Under the pieces are notes generated by a model, which made no database searches, was not told the DNA's origin, and saw nothing but the letters and a program-made list of their open reading frames with translations. From positions 2,799,380-2,863,379 of the forward strand of contig OZ223209.1 of the NCBI GenBank assembly GCA_965140415.1: a DNA stretch of 64,000 nt. The letters run 5' to 3'. This document shows positions 10,135 through 19,937 of the stretch, piece by piece (within the stretch, counting starts at the first letter, position 1; each line of letters opens with the position of its first letter). This stretch comes from Myxococcota bacterium (GTDB taxonomy: Bacteria; Myxococcota_A; SURF-8). Both the position numbers and the translations under genes were made by a program.

Positions 10135-11505
10135 TCAGGGCTGTTTTATCCAAACGGATTTCACGTTGACGAACTCCCGGATGCCTTCTTCCGATAGCTC
10201 TCTGCCATAACCCGAAAGCTTGATGCCACCAAAGGGCAGGCGAGGGTCGGATTTGACCATCCCATTGACGAAGACCGCTCCCGAATCGATGCGCCGTGCG
10301 TAGTCATCTGCGAGTTCCATATTGCCGGTCCAGATTGAACCGCCAAGGCCAAGCGGCGATTCGTTGGCGATGCGAATCGCCTCATCGGCACTTTTGGCAG
10401 CGATCACCGGAGCCACCGGTCCGAAGGTCTCTTCATCCGCAACGTTCATTCCGGGGCGAACACCCGTCAGCATTGTAACCGGGTAATATGCTCCCGGGCC
10501 TTCCGGGATTTCTCCTCCCATAACCAACTTGGCTCCACTGGCAACGGAAGCCGTCACCTGCTCGTGCAATTCGGCGCGCAGGTCGGTCCGCGCCATCGGT
10601 CCGATATCGGAATTTGAGTCCATCGGGTCGCCCATGTTCAATTTGGATAAGTTCTCTTTGAATCGTTGTGCAAAGGAATCCAAAACGGGTTGTTCCACGA
10701 TAAAGCGTTTTGCGGCAATGCAACTTTGACCGCCGTTGATAAGGCGGGCATCGGCGGCAACCTTGGCTGCCTGTTCGATATTGGCATCGGAAAGGACGAT
10801 AAACGGATCGCTGCCTCCCAATTCAAGAACGGTCTTTTTAAGGACCGACCCAGCCGTTGCCGCAACTTTGCGACCCGCGATTTCACTACCGGTCAATGTC
10901 ACCGCCATCACGCGCGAATCCCGGATGACCTGTTCCGTCGTTCGGGCGGAAATCAGCAGCGTTTGGAAGGCACCTTCAGGGAAGCCCGCCTCAAGAAATA
11001 TTTCCTCGATGGCAAGGGCGCTCATCGGTACGTTGGAGGCATGTTTAAGTAGACCGACGTTTCCTGCCATCAGCGCTGGGGCCGCGAATCGGATAACCTG
11101 CCAGAAGGGGAAGTTCCAGGGCATAATGGCAAGAACCGGTCCCAGTGGGTCGTAACGAACGTAGCTTTTATCGGCATCGGTTTCTTCCGTGCGATTTGAT
11201 AGAAAGCGTTCCGCTTGTTCCGCATAAAAATCACAAACCCAGGCGCATTTTTCCACTTCGGCAAGCGACTGCTTGATGGGCTTGCCCATTTCCTGCGTGA
11301 TGATTTCGCCATATTTGGCTGCATTTGATCGAAGTACTTTGGCTGAATTCGTCATGAGTTCCGAACGTTTGGCAAAGGGAATTTCTTTCCACTCTGAAAA
11401 AGTTTGCGATGCCTGTTGCAGTCGGGCTTCGATTCCATTTGCATCGGTTTCTTCAAACCGCTTGATTTCTTCTCCAGTTGCAGGATTTATACTGGCTATC
11501 GCCAT
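10135..11505 (-). CDS. NAD(P)-dependent succinate-semialdehyde dehydrogenase (Sad/GabD/SsaD type)
   Basis: MPWNFPFWQ, KHASNVP, LELGGSDPF, NGGQSCIAAKRF, KSDPRLPFGG. Confidence 0.9.
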   Translation of the reverse strand: MAIASINPATGEEIKRFEETDANGIEARLQQASQTFSEWKEIPFAKRSELMTNSAKVLRSNAAKYGEIITQEMGKPIKQSLAEVEKCAWVCDFYAEQAERFLSNRTEETDADKSYVRYDPLGPVLAIMPWNFPFWQVIRFAAPALMAGNVGLLKHASNVPMSALAIEEIFLEAGFPEGAFQTLLISARTTEQVIRDSRVMAVTLTGSEIAGRKVAATAGSVLKKTVLELGGSDPFIVLSDANIEQAAKVAADARLINGGQSCIAAKRFIVEQPVLDSFAQRFKENLSKLNMGDPMDSNSDIGPMARTDLRAELHEQVTASVASGAKLVMGGEIPEGPGAYYPVTMLTGVRPGMNVADEETFGPVAPVIAAKSADEAIRIANESPLGLGGSIWTGNMELADDYARRIDSGAVFVNGMVKSDPRLPFGGIKLSGYGRELSEEGIREFVNVKSVWIKQP

Positions 11506-11545
11506 GATAGATTCCTTTCTTGTTTTGTAGGTTCGTGACCCTCTG

Positions 11546-13189
11546 TCAGTGTTGCAGAATTTCTCCCAGTCGCTTGGTCAACTTCAAATTTTCTCCGTAA
11601 TCGACGGGAACCACGATCACGGTCGGTTTCGATTTTTCTTTAAATGCTTTTTTCATGATTGGAATAAAGTCTTCCGTACGTTCAACTTTCACACCATTGC
11701 AACCGAATGATTCCGCCAACTTAACCATGTCAGGATTCTTGATCACCGTGTGAGATGCTTTGCCGAATTGCGCCATCTGCTTCCAGGTGATCAAGCCGTA
11801 TTCATCATCCTGCCATACCAGGAAAGTGGCTGGAATGTTGTATTGTACGGCAGTTGCCAGTTCCTGCACGTTCATCAGAAAACCACCGTCGCCGCATAGG
11901 CCGACCACATTTTTTTCCGGGAACAATCGTTTGGCCGAGATCGCGCCGGGCAGGGCGATGCCCATCGAGCAGAATCCATTCGAGATGATGCAGCTATTGG
12001 GAACGTAGGTTGGAAACGAGCGGGCTACCCACATTTTATGCGCCCCAACATCGCTTATAAGAATATCGTCGTCCCGCATAATCGCTCGTAAGTCGTGCAG
12101 AATGCGTTGAGGTTTCATGGGAAAATCCGGGCTGTCGGATTCGAAAGACAATTCCTGCTGAATGTGCGAGCGTTCCGTAGCAAATTCAGGAACATCTTTC
12201 CAGTGTTTGTGTGTCAGTCGTTGATTGATCGCCCACATGGCTCCAGCCAGGTCTCCGACGACTTCGACTTCAGGGCGGTAGTGCTCATCTACTTCTGCCG
12301 GAGTGAAATCGATGTGAATAATGCGCTTGTTATGCTTGGGATTCCAAACGGATGGGTGCCATTCGACGAGATCGTAGCCGATGCATAAAACCAGATCCGC
12401 CTGATCGAAGGATTCGGAAACATGATCCCTGCTTTGCAAACCAGCAGTCATTAGGCTGCGTTCGTGACGTGCGCTGACTGCGCCTTTTCCCATAAAGGTA
12501 TTTGTAACGTAAAAGCCGCTTTTTTCTACTAGTATATTCAATTGCTTAGCTGCTCTTGTGCGAACGCAGCCATTGCCGGCTAAGATGATGGGTCGCTCGG
12601 CCTGGGCCAGCAATTCCATTACCCGATCGATCGCTTTCTCGTCTGCGGCAGGGCGTCTGACTTTCGATCCTTTTTGAAAAGGAACGTTTCCCGTGTCTTC
12701 TTTTGCAATGTTTTCAGGTAGTTCAATGAGGCAGGCACCGGGCTTTTCCGTTGCTGCGAGTTTGAAAGCTTTATGAATGACTTCGGGAATGTTGCAGCCG
12801 TGATAAATGGAGTGCGACCATTTGGTGATCGGCTCGAATAAGTCAACAATATTCATGTTTTGGTGAGATTCTTTATGGAGACGCTGCGTGCTGGCTTGTC
12901 CGGCGATTGCCACAACCGGGCTTCGATCCATATTCGCATTTGCCACGCCGGTTACCAGATTGCTTGCTCCCGGTCCAAGGGTAGCCAAGCAAACGCCTGG
13001 CTTGCCTGTTAGTCTTCCATAAACGTCCGCCATAAAAGCTGCTCCCTGCTCGTGGCGGCAGATTACGAACTCAATTGGAGAATCCAGCAAGGAAATCATC
13101 AAATCGGCGTTTTCTTCACCCGGAACGCCGAAGATCGTGTCGACTCCTTCTTCTTCCAGGCATCGTAAAAACAAATCCGATGCTTTCAT
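11546..13189 (-). CDS. ThDP-dependent acetolactate-synthase-like enzyme, probably 2-oxoglutarate decarboxylase (OgdA type)
   Basis: FGVPGEEN, RHEQGAAFMADVYGRLTG, DVGAHKMW, GDGGFLMN; co-oriented 40 bp upstream of SSADH; no ilvN/ilvC nearby. Confidence 0.75.
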   Translation of the reverse strand: MKASDLFLRCLEEEGVDTIFGVPGEENADLMISLLDSPIEFVICRHEQGAAFMADVYGRLTGKPGVCLATLGPGASNLVTGVANANMDRSPVVAIAGQASTQRLHKESHQNMNIVDLFEPITKWSHSIYHGCNIPEVIHKAFKLAATEKPGACLIELPENIAKEDTGNVPFQKGSKVRRPAADEKAIDRVMELLAQAERPIILAGNGCVRTRAAKQLNILVEKSGFYVTNTFMGKGAVSARHERSLMTAGLQSRDHVSESFDQADLVLCIGYDLVEWHPSVWNPKHNKRIIHIDFTPAEVDEHYRPEVEVVGDLAGAMWAINQRLTHKHWKDVPEFATERSHIQQELSFESDSPDFPMKPQRILHDLRAIMRDDDILISDVGAHKMWVARSFPTYVPNSCIISNGFCSMGIALPGAISAKRLFPEKNVVGLCGDGGFLMNVQELATAVQYNIPATFLVWQDDEYGLITWKQMAQFGKASHTVIKNPDMVKLAESFGCNGVKVERTEDFIPIMKKAFKEKSKPTVIVVPVDYGENLKLTKRLGEILQH

Positions 13190-13436
13190 TTATGCCTCCT
13201 CCGCAGGTTTGCAATGTTCGTTTACTTGCAAGAAATGTGTAGTTCTTTCATTGCGATAGCTTAACATGAAACCTCTGAAAACAGAAGCCATTGAAGTCAA
13301 TCGCGAACAATAGGCGACTTCTTGTGTCAAGTCGTACATGCGTTTAAGGACATGCATAGCTATAAGTAGATCATGGAAAAGGGAGAATCATTCCACCTTG
13401 AATGGAAAATTTGAATTGTTGCAAAGTGATGGTTAA

Positions 13437-13659
13437 TTAGTGGTCATCTTGTGGCGCGATTGTGTAGCTTTTCGATTTTGCTTCCAAAATGGCACGGTGA
13501 GTGTGGCGAAATAGTGGCGCGATAGTGGTCATCTTGTGGCGTGATAGTGTCGTTTTACGGTCCGCTTTGTGCAAAGAGATTTGTGGTCTGTAACAACGTG
13601 CTGTTGTGTTTGTGGCGTTTTACTGGTCACCTTGTGTTGGTTTACGGTCTTGTGGTGTC
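13437..13659. repeat. degenerate 11-bp periodic GTGG-core repeat array with a 23-bp direct repeat
   Basis: GTG(G/T) cores at 13440/13451/13462 and 13503/13514/13525/13536/13547; TAGTGGTCATCTTGTGGCGYGAT at 13438-13460 and 13523-13545. Confidence 0.8.
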
Positions 13660-15034
13660 AGCATGTTTCAAGCCAGTTTGAAAGCCACTGGATCTGACGG
13701 CGCACCTCTTTTGGAGCGGTTCCTCCCAATACCGAACGAGTAAGGACGGCCTGTTCATAGCTAAGCGAAAGCTCGGTCAGAGAAAGTTCGGGGAAGTCGG
13801 CTTTCAATTCCTCCGGGGTGAGAGATTTCAAGTTCTTTTGTTGCGATTCCAGCTTTGAAACAAGCTTTCCAACACGTTCGTGAGCGAGTCGGAAAGGAAC
13901 GCCTGTTTTGGTGAGCAAATCTGCCAAATCAGTCGCGAGAAGATCGCCACTAAGTGAATTAGACAATTTCTCTTCGTTGAACGTTGCTCCATTCAACGCC
14001 CCGGTGAAAACGCGCAAAACGATTTCCGTTGTATCCAGAGCATCGAATAAAGCGGTCTTGTCTTCTTGTAAATCTTTTGCATAACTCAGAGGAACGCCCT
14101 TGGTGAGAGCGAGTAAGACCGTGCATTGTCCGATGACCCGTGCCGCCTTGCCGCGAACCAATTCCATCGCGTCCGGGTTTCGTTTTTGCGGCATCATCGA
14201 ACTGCCTGTCGAATAGGTGTCGTCGAAACGGATGTAGCCGAAAGCGGGATTGGACCAGAACACGAATTGTTCGGCGTAACGGGACAAATGCGTGCAGATC
14301 CCGGCGCAGGCGAACACCGTTTCCTGAACGGCGTCGCGGTCGCTGATGGCGTCGATGCTGTTTCGAAGAACATCCGAAAAGCCTAGATCCTGAGCCAATC
14401 TTTCCCTGTCTACCGGGAAGCCGGAGCCTGCCAGCGCACCGCTGCCCAAAGGACAGCAATCGGCGTGGCTATAAGCTGCTTCAAGTCGCTCGATGTCACG
14501 TTTTAGTGCGAAAGCGAGTGATAGCAGGAAATGTCCCAGCGTTACCGGTTGTGCGGGTTGAAGATGCGTGGTCCCGGCGAAAAGAGTATCCACATGTTGT
14601 TCCGACCGTTTTAGAAGTACGCGAAGTAGTTGACGGGTCAACTCGATCTGCGCTTTCAGGGCGGACTTTAAATAAAGTCGTAAATCGCAAACAACCTGAT
14701 CGTTGCGACTACGACCTGTGTGAATTTTCGCTCCTGTTGGTCCCAGTTTCTCAGTTAGAAGGCGTTCGACCAGGGTGTGTACGTCTTCATCATCGGGAAG
14801 AGTATCGAAGGCACCTTGTTCAAAATCAATAAGGATCGCATCCAGAGCGGGGAGCAACTCCGACAGTTCCTTTTCGGAAAGGACGCCGATACGCTGCAAT
14901 TCCTTTGCCCAGGCTTTATTCGTTTGGATGTCGTATGGTAGAAAGCGGATATCTACCGGTAACGAGCGGTTAAGTGCGTCCATCCATTCGTCGGATTCGT
15001 TCTGAATGCGTCCCTGATAAAGTGTCACGATCAA
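13658..15034 (-). CDS. argH: argininosuccinate lyase
   Basis: [44 protein letters not shown]. Confidence 0.97.
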   Translation of the reverse strand: MIVTLYQGRIQNESDEWMDALNRSLPVDIRFLPYDIQTNKAWAKELQRIGVLSEKELSELLPALDAILIDFEQGAFDTLPDDEDVHTLVERLLTEKLGPTGAKIHTGRSRNDQVVCDLRLYLKSALKAQIELTRQLLRVLLKRSEQHVDTLFAGTTHLQPAQPVTLGHFLLSLAFALKRDIERLEAAYSHADCCPLGSGALAGSGFPVDRERLAQDLGFSDVLRNSIDAISDRDAVQETVFACAGICTHLSRYAEQFVFWSNPAFGYIRFDDTYSTGSSMMPQKRNPDAMELVRGKAARVIGQCTVLLALTKGVPLSYAKDLQEDKTALFDALDTTEIVLRVFTGALNGATFNEEKLSNSLSGDLLATDLADLLTKTGVPFRLAHERVGKLVSKLESQQKNLKSLTPEELKADFPELSLTELSLSYEQAVLTRSVLGGTAPKEVRRQIQWLSNWLETC

Positions 15035-16311
15035 TCCCTTTTGAAATTATAGCGGAACTTCGAATATTTCGGTGCTTGATAGCCGTTGAGGCGCTCGCCG
15101 CCTTCCATTTCGATCAAAGTCCGAACCTTGATTGGCAGACCATACAGGTTGATGAAGCCTTCCGCGTCGCTCTGGTCGTACACGTCGTCCTGGCCGAAGG
15201 TGGCGAAGTCTTCCCGATACAGCGAGTAAGGCGAGCGCCGACCTTTGACGATGATATTTCCCTTGTACAGCATCAGGCGAACATCGCCGGTGACGTTCTG
15301 CTGGGTTTCGGCGACGAATGCATCCAGCGCCTCGCGCAAAGGTACAAAGTATCGTCCATTGTATACCAACTCGGCATATTTCGGAGCAAGTTGTTCTTTA
15401 AAGTGCATGGTCTCTCCATCGAGCACCAGACTTTCCAATTCGTGATGAGCCATGTACAGAATCGATCCGCCGGGAGTTTCGTATACGCCACGGGATTTCA
15501 TGCCGACCAGACGGTTTTCAACGATGTCCACACGCCCGACGCCGTGAATGCGTCCCAGTTCGTTCAGTTTCTCAACCAGATCGGCGGCGGAATAGGGCTC
15601 GTCATCGATGCTTTTAGGGACTCCTTTTTCAAAGCCGATCTGTACTTCCAACCCCTCATCGGGAGCTTCCCAGGGGGCATTGGTAATATGGAATACCCGA
15701 TCAGGGGCGCTTTCCCAGGGATCTTCCAATTCGCCGCCTTCACTGGAAAGGTGCCACAGGTTGCGGTCGTGACTATATATCCCCTTGGGATCGACGTTTA
15801 GCGGAATATTGCGCTCTTTGGCATAGGCGATGGCATCTTCGCGGGAGCGAATATCCCACATGCGCCAGGGTGCGATAACCTTGATTTTCGGATTGTAGGC
15901 TTTAAAGGCCAATTCAAAACGCACCTGATCGTTGCCTTTGCCGGTGCAACCATGCGCGACGGCGTCTGCCCCTTCTTCTTCAGCCACTTCCATCATGCGT
16001 TTTGCAATCAATGGCCGGGCGATGCTGGTTCCCAAAAGATAGCGTCCTTCATAGACTGCGCCAGCCTGCACCATCGGGAAAAGATAGTCGCTGCAAAAGA
16101 TCTCCTTCAGATCATCGACGATCAGCTTTTCGGCACCGGTTTTCAAGGCTTTTTGCTCCAAGCCTTCCAGTTCTCCCACTCCCTGACCGACATCTGCAAC
16201 GTAGGCGACGACCTGGCAGTTATAGCGCTCTTTCAACCATGAAATGATGATGGAGGTGTCCAATCCACCAGAATATGCTAATACGACTTTCTTGATTTCT
16301 TGCTCGTCCAT
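15031..16311 (-). CDS. argG: argininosuccinate synthase
   Basis: [48 protein letters not shown]. Confidence 0.98.
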   Translation of the reverse strand: MDEQEIKKVVLAYSGGLDTSIIISWLKERYNCQVVAYVADVGQGVGELEGLEQKALKTGAEKLIVDDLKEIFCSDYLFPMVQAGAVYEGRYLLGTSIARPLIAKRMMEVAEEEGADAVAHGCTGKGNDQVRFELAFKAYNPKIKVIAPWRMWDIRSREDAIAYAKERNIPLNVDPKGIYSHDRNLWHLSSEGGELEDPWESAPDRVFHITNAPWEAPDEGLEVQIGFEKGVPKSIDDEPYSAADLVEKLNELGRIHGVGRVDIVENRLVGMKSRGVYETPGGSILYMAHHELESLVLDGETMHFKEQLAPKYAELVYNGRYFVPLREALDAFVAETQQNVTGDVRLMLYKGNIIVKGRRSPYSLYREDFATFGQDDVYDQSDAEGFINLYGLPIKVRTLIEMEGGERLNGYQAPKYSKFRYNFKRD

Positions 16312-16343
16312 TGTTTGCTTCCTTTTTCTATTTGATTTTTCCG

Positions 16344-16781
16344 TTACTTGATCAGGTTTCGAAGTGTTTTTATCGCTTGCTGTGTTTTGGCAGGACCATC
16401 GCAGGCGACGAAGACGGTGTCGTCACCGGCAACCGTTCCAACAACAAAGGGGAACCTGGCGTTATCCAGGGCGATTCCTACTGCGCCTGCTTCTCCGACC
16501 GGAGTGTGAATGACCAACATGCTGTCACCCGCTTTGTTGATTGCCATTATTTTTTCTTTGAGTCTTTTCGGTAAGGGTTCCGAACGAAGTTCGGGACCAG
16601 GCAGAGCGTATTGACCTTGTGTTTTAATCAGCATAAGGGATTTGATATCGCGTGAAATCGTGGCTTGTGTGGTGTCGAAGCCTTGTTTCTTCAACGCATC
16701 CGCCAATTCGTTCTGGGTGCTGACGCGCTTACTGGCGATCAATTCCAGAATGGCTTCTCGTCGTTTTCGAGTGTCAGACAT
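16344..16781 (-). CDS. argR: arginine repressor
   Basis: [14 protein letters not shown] (SR motif), VGTVAGDDT arginine-binding motif. Confidence 0.96.
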   Translation of the reverse strand: MSDTRKRREAILELIASKRVSTQNELADALKKQGFDTTQATISRDIKSLMLIKTQGQYALPGPELRSEPLPKRLKEKIMAINKAGDSMLVIHTPVGEAGAVGIALDNARFPFVVGTVAGDDTVFVACDGPAKTQQAIKTLRNLIK

Positions 16782-17859
16782 GATTCGACTCCGTACCGCT
16801 GTGATTGTTCAGGAATTGAGAGGCGATTTGCAGATACGTTTGTGTGCCTGCTTCAAGTTCTTCTATGCTGATTCGTTCATCCGGCTGGTGGGAATATTTC
16901 GGATTTCCCGGTCCAAGCTTGATGGCGGAAATTCTCGCTTTTTGTAAAAACGCCCAGTCGCTGGCAGCATCGGAGGCGAATACTTTCTTTTGCGGCAGAG
17001 TCCTACGAGCCGCCATCGCAATCGGATGATCCGATGCCGTTTCACATGGAATCCAGTGATCAGAGCAAACGCTTATGTTTCCACTGACCACTCCCTGCAA
17101 CAGCATCAGGATTTCCTCGTTGCTGTAGGAGGGGGTCGTTCGAATATCCAATAACGCTTTGGCGTTTGGCGGAGTGACATTATCCGCCACTCCTGCAAGA
17201 ATTCGGGTCGGTGTAACCCGGATCGTTCCAAGAGTTGGATGACTACGCTCGAAGGGAACCTTTTTCAAATTGATGAGATCGCCTGCCAGTAGATGAATCG
17301 CGTTGGTTCCGTTTTCACGGGCCGCGTGTCCCTGTTTGCCGGAATTTGTCAGTTCTACAACCAGCAAGCCGCGCTGTGAAATGGCGATATCCAGGTTGGT
17401 TGGCTCGCCGACGACCGCGCCCTGAAAGCTGCCCAGCTTTTTCAACAATCGGGGGAGGGAGGGGTCGTTGCCTTCTTCTCCGATGGAAAGCGCGACGACC
17501 AACTCGCCGCATTCAAAACCTTGTTGCTGCAAAGCAGTTGTTGCGGCAAGCATGGCGGCGCAACTGCCACGCGCATCCACTGCGCCGCGTCCGTAGAGCC
17601 AGTCGTTTTCTAGAATTCCCTGCTGAGCAGGATACTTCCAACCTTCTCCTGCCGGAACCGTATCCAGGTGGGAGTTGAACAGCAGCCGAACCCCGGACTT
17701 TTCCCCTTTAATGGCAACCCATATTCCATCTTCACAACGCTGACAGGGCAGACCGGCATCCGTACAGATGTCGTAAGCGGTTTGCAAAATCGCTTCTTCA
17801 TGACCGGTTTCCCCCGAAACCGCAAGCAAACGCTGCAATATGGACAGGGTGTCAGGCAA
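16774..17859 (-). CDS. argE: M20 family deacylase, acetylornithine deacetylase-like
   Basis: NSHLDTVP, GRGAVD, GEE, VVGEPT, GHAA, SHQPDE metal motifs; lies inside the arg operon. Confidence 0.8.
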   Translation of the reverse strand: MPDTLSILQRLLAVSGETGHEEAILQTAYDICTDAGLPCQRCEDGIWVAIKGEKSGVRLLFNSHLDTVPAGEGWKYPAQQGILENDWLYGRGAVDARGSCAAMLAATTALQQQGFECGELVVALSIGEEGNDPSLPRLLKKLGSFQGAVVGEPTNLDIAISQRGLLVVELTNSGKQGHAARENGTNAIHLLAGDLINLKKVPFERSHPTLGTIRVTPTRILAGVADNVTPPNAKALLDIRTTPSYSNEEILMLLQGVVSGNISVCSDHWIPCETASDHPIAMAARRTLPQKKVFASDAASDWAFLQKARISAIKLGPGNPKYSHQPDERISIEELEAGTQTYLQIASQFLNNHSGTESNHV

Positions 17860-18772
17860 GTTCCGTCTCCTGATAAACCTGTTTTTCGCGTTCTTCGACG
17901 ATCATGGTGCCGCAGCCTTCGCCGGTGAACAGTTCGACCAGCAGAGAATCGGGAGTAAAGCCACCGATGATGTGCGTTCGTTTGACGCCCGACTGCACGG
18001 CTTTAAGGCAGGCGTCCAGTTTCGGTCGCATACCGGCGGAAACCGCACCGCTTTGCAGCAACTCATCCAAGTCCTGCTTGTCGGCAAAAGGAATGAGCGA
18101 ACCGGGATCGTCCAGATTGGCGAAAAGGCCGCCGCTCTGAGTGATGAAGATCAGTTTCTTGGCTTGCATGGAAACGGCAACGGCTTTTGCGATGCTGTCT
18201 GCGTTGATATTAAGCACCTGGCCCGCTCCGTCACTGGAAAGGCAGGACAGCACCGGCACGTAGTCTTGATCGAGCAGTTGCGACAAGGTTTCAGTGTCCA
18301 CGGAAACGATGTCCCCCACAAAACCGAAATCAACCGTTTTTGTATCGCCCTCATCGGTTTCAATGGAGACTGGAGGTCTTTTGCTTGCCAGGATCATATC
18401 GCCGTCCACACCGCTCAAGCCCACTGCCTTGCATTGCTGCTTTTGCAGGGAGACCGTCAGATCCAGGTTGAGTTGTCCGGCGTAGACCATTTTAACGACA
18501 TCTAAAGTCCGCGCATCGGTTACACGTCGACCGGCGACCATGACCGGCTCGATGCCGAGCTTACGGCTGATTTCACTGGCTTGCGGTCCACCGCCATGAA
18601 CGACGACCACACGAATGCCGAGATCATTCAAAAGGGCGATCTGCTCTGCAAGATTGGTGACAGCGTCTGCATCGTTCAGAATCGCGCCACCGATTTTAAT
18701 AACGAACGTCTGTTTTTTGTAATGGCGAATGTACGTTCGTGCTTCCTTAAGTGAAATAATCGAAGGATTCAT
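17852..18772 (-). CDS. argB: N-acetylglutamate kinase
   Basis: FVIKIGG, VVVHGGGPQ, GRRVTD, LNINAD, GMRPKL, ELFTGEGCGT; AGGAG RBS supports ATG 18772. Confidence 0.95.
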   Translation of the reverse strand: MNPSIISLKEARTYIRHYKKQTFVIKIGGAILNDADAVTNLAEQIALLNDLGIRVVVVHGGGPQASEISRKLGIEPVMVAGRRVTDARTLDVVKMVYAGQLNLDLTVSLQKQQCKAVGLSGVDGDMILASKRPPVSIETDEGDTKTVDFGFVGDIVSVDTETLSQLLDQDYVPVLSCLSSDGAGQVLNINADSIAKAVAVSMQAKKLIFITQSGGLFANLDDPGSLIPFADKQDLDELLQSGAVSAGMRPKLDACLKAVQSGVKRTHIIGGFTPDSLLVELFTGEGCGTMIVEEREKQVYQETELA

Positions 18773-18779
18773 GTTCTCC

Positions 18780-19937
18780 TCATTCAAAACAACGTTGTAA
18801 GGCTTCAACAAACAGCAAGGCGTCTTTTTGAGACAGCACCAGTGGTGGCATCATACGGAAGATTTCGGGACGATTGCTGCTGCCGACGATGATGCGGTGT
18901 TTTTGCAGCAGGTGTTGTCGTATGGGGCTGCTGTCTTCAAAGAGTTCCACGCCCAACAACAACCCACGACCATGCACCGCTTTGACTTTCGAAAGCTTTT
19001 TCAAGGCCGTTTTCAGTCGATCGCCAACCGAACGGGCCTGCTCAAGAACGTTTTCTTTCTGGAGGATATCCAATGTTGCCAGCGCCGCCGCGCAAGCCAG
19101 GGGACCGCCACCGAACGTCGAGCCCAGCATCCCGCTTTTGACATGTTGGGTGATCGCTTCATTGGCGATTGTCGCTCCAACCGGAAAACCACCGGCCAGG
19201 CCCTTGGCCATGGTCAGAATATCGGGAGTGACTCCGTATGCTTCGGCTGCCGTATAAAAGCCCATGCGACCCGCACCACACTGCACTTCATCGAAAATAA
19301 GAACGGAACCGGTTTCATCGCAACGCTTGCGCAACGCCTGGAGAAATTCCGGACTTGCATCGATTGCACCGGCCAGACCTTGCACCGGTTCGATGATGAC
19401 GGCGGCGCAGTCGTCCGTGACAATCTCGTTCAAATCCTGCGTTTGATTCATTTCAATCAGGCGAACGTGCGGAAAGAGAGCTTCTCCATTACAGGATGCA
19501 AGCTTGCGGTATTTTTCGATGCCTGAAACGGCCAGCGTGAGCAAGCTGCGACCATGGAAGCCGCCATGAATTGAAACGATGGTCTTGCGTCCGGTTGACA
19601 AGCGCGCCAGGGTCAAGGCGTTTTCATTCGCTTCCGCACCGCTGTTACACAAAAATACGGAAGCAAGTCCCTTCGGCATCCATTCGAGCAATCGCTCGGA
19701 AAGCCTCTGGCGCAGCGGATGATCGGAAATATTGGAGTAAAAGATTAAGCGCTCGGCCTGCGCCGCGATGGCTTGTACCAGACGCGGGTGACAATGACCG
19801 ACGGAGGCGACGGCGTGTCCGCCGTACAAGTCGAGATATTCGTTGCCGTCTTCGTCGATGACGGTGCAGCCCGTACCGGCAACCAACTTCATCGGTAGTT
19901 GCGGATAAACGGGCATTTGTGGAGCGGGACTTAACAT
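18780..19937 (-). CDS. argD: acetylornithine aminotransferase (class III)
   Basis: YLDLYGGHAV, NSGAEANE, FHGRS, EPVQG, DEVQCG, AKGLAGGFP, STFGG. Confidence 0.9.
   Translation of the reverse strand: MLSPAPQMPVYPQLPMKLVAGTGCTVIDEDGNEYLDLYGGHAVASVGHCHPRLVQAIAAQAERLIFYSNISDHPLRQRLSERLLEWMPKGLASVFLCNSGAEANENALTLARLSTGRKTIVSIHGGFHGRSLLTLAVSGIEKYRKLASCNGEALFPHVRLIEMNQTQDLNEIVTDDCAAVIIEPVQGLAGAIDASPEFLQALRKRCDETGSVLIFDEVQCGAGRMGFYTAAEAYGVTPDILTMAKGLAGGFPVGATIANEAITQHVKSGMLGSTFGGGPLACAAALATLDILQKENVLEQARSVGDRLKTALKKLSKVKAVHGRGLLLGVELFEDSSPIRQHLLQKHRIIVGSSNRPEIFRMMPPLVLSQKDALLFVEALQRCFE

Noticed and set aside
13437-13659. oriC DnaA-box cluster
   Set aside because: The TGTGG cores are not followed by ATAA, so none matches TTATCCACA, and no dnaA/gidA/parAB context is present
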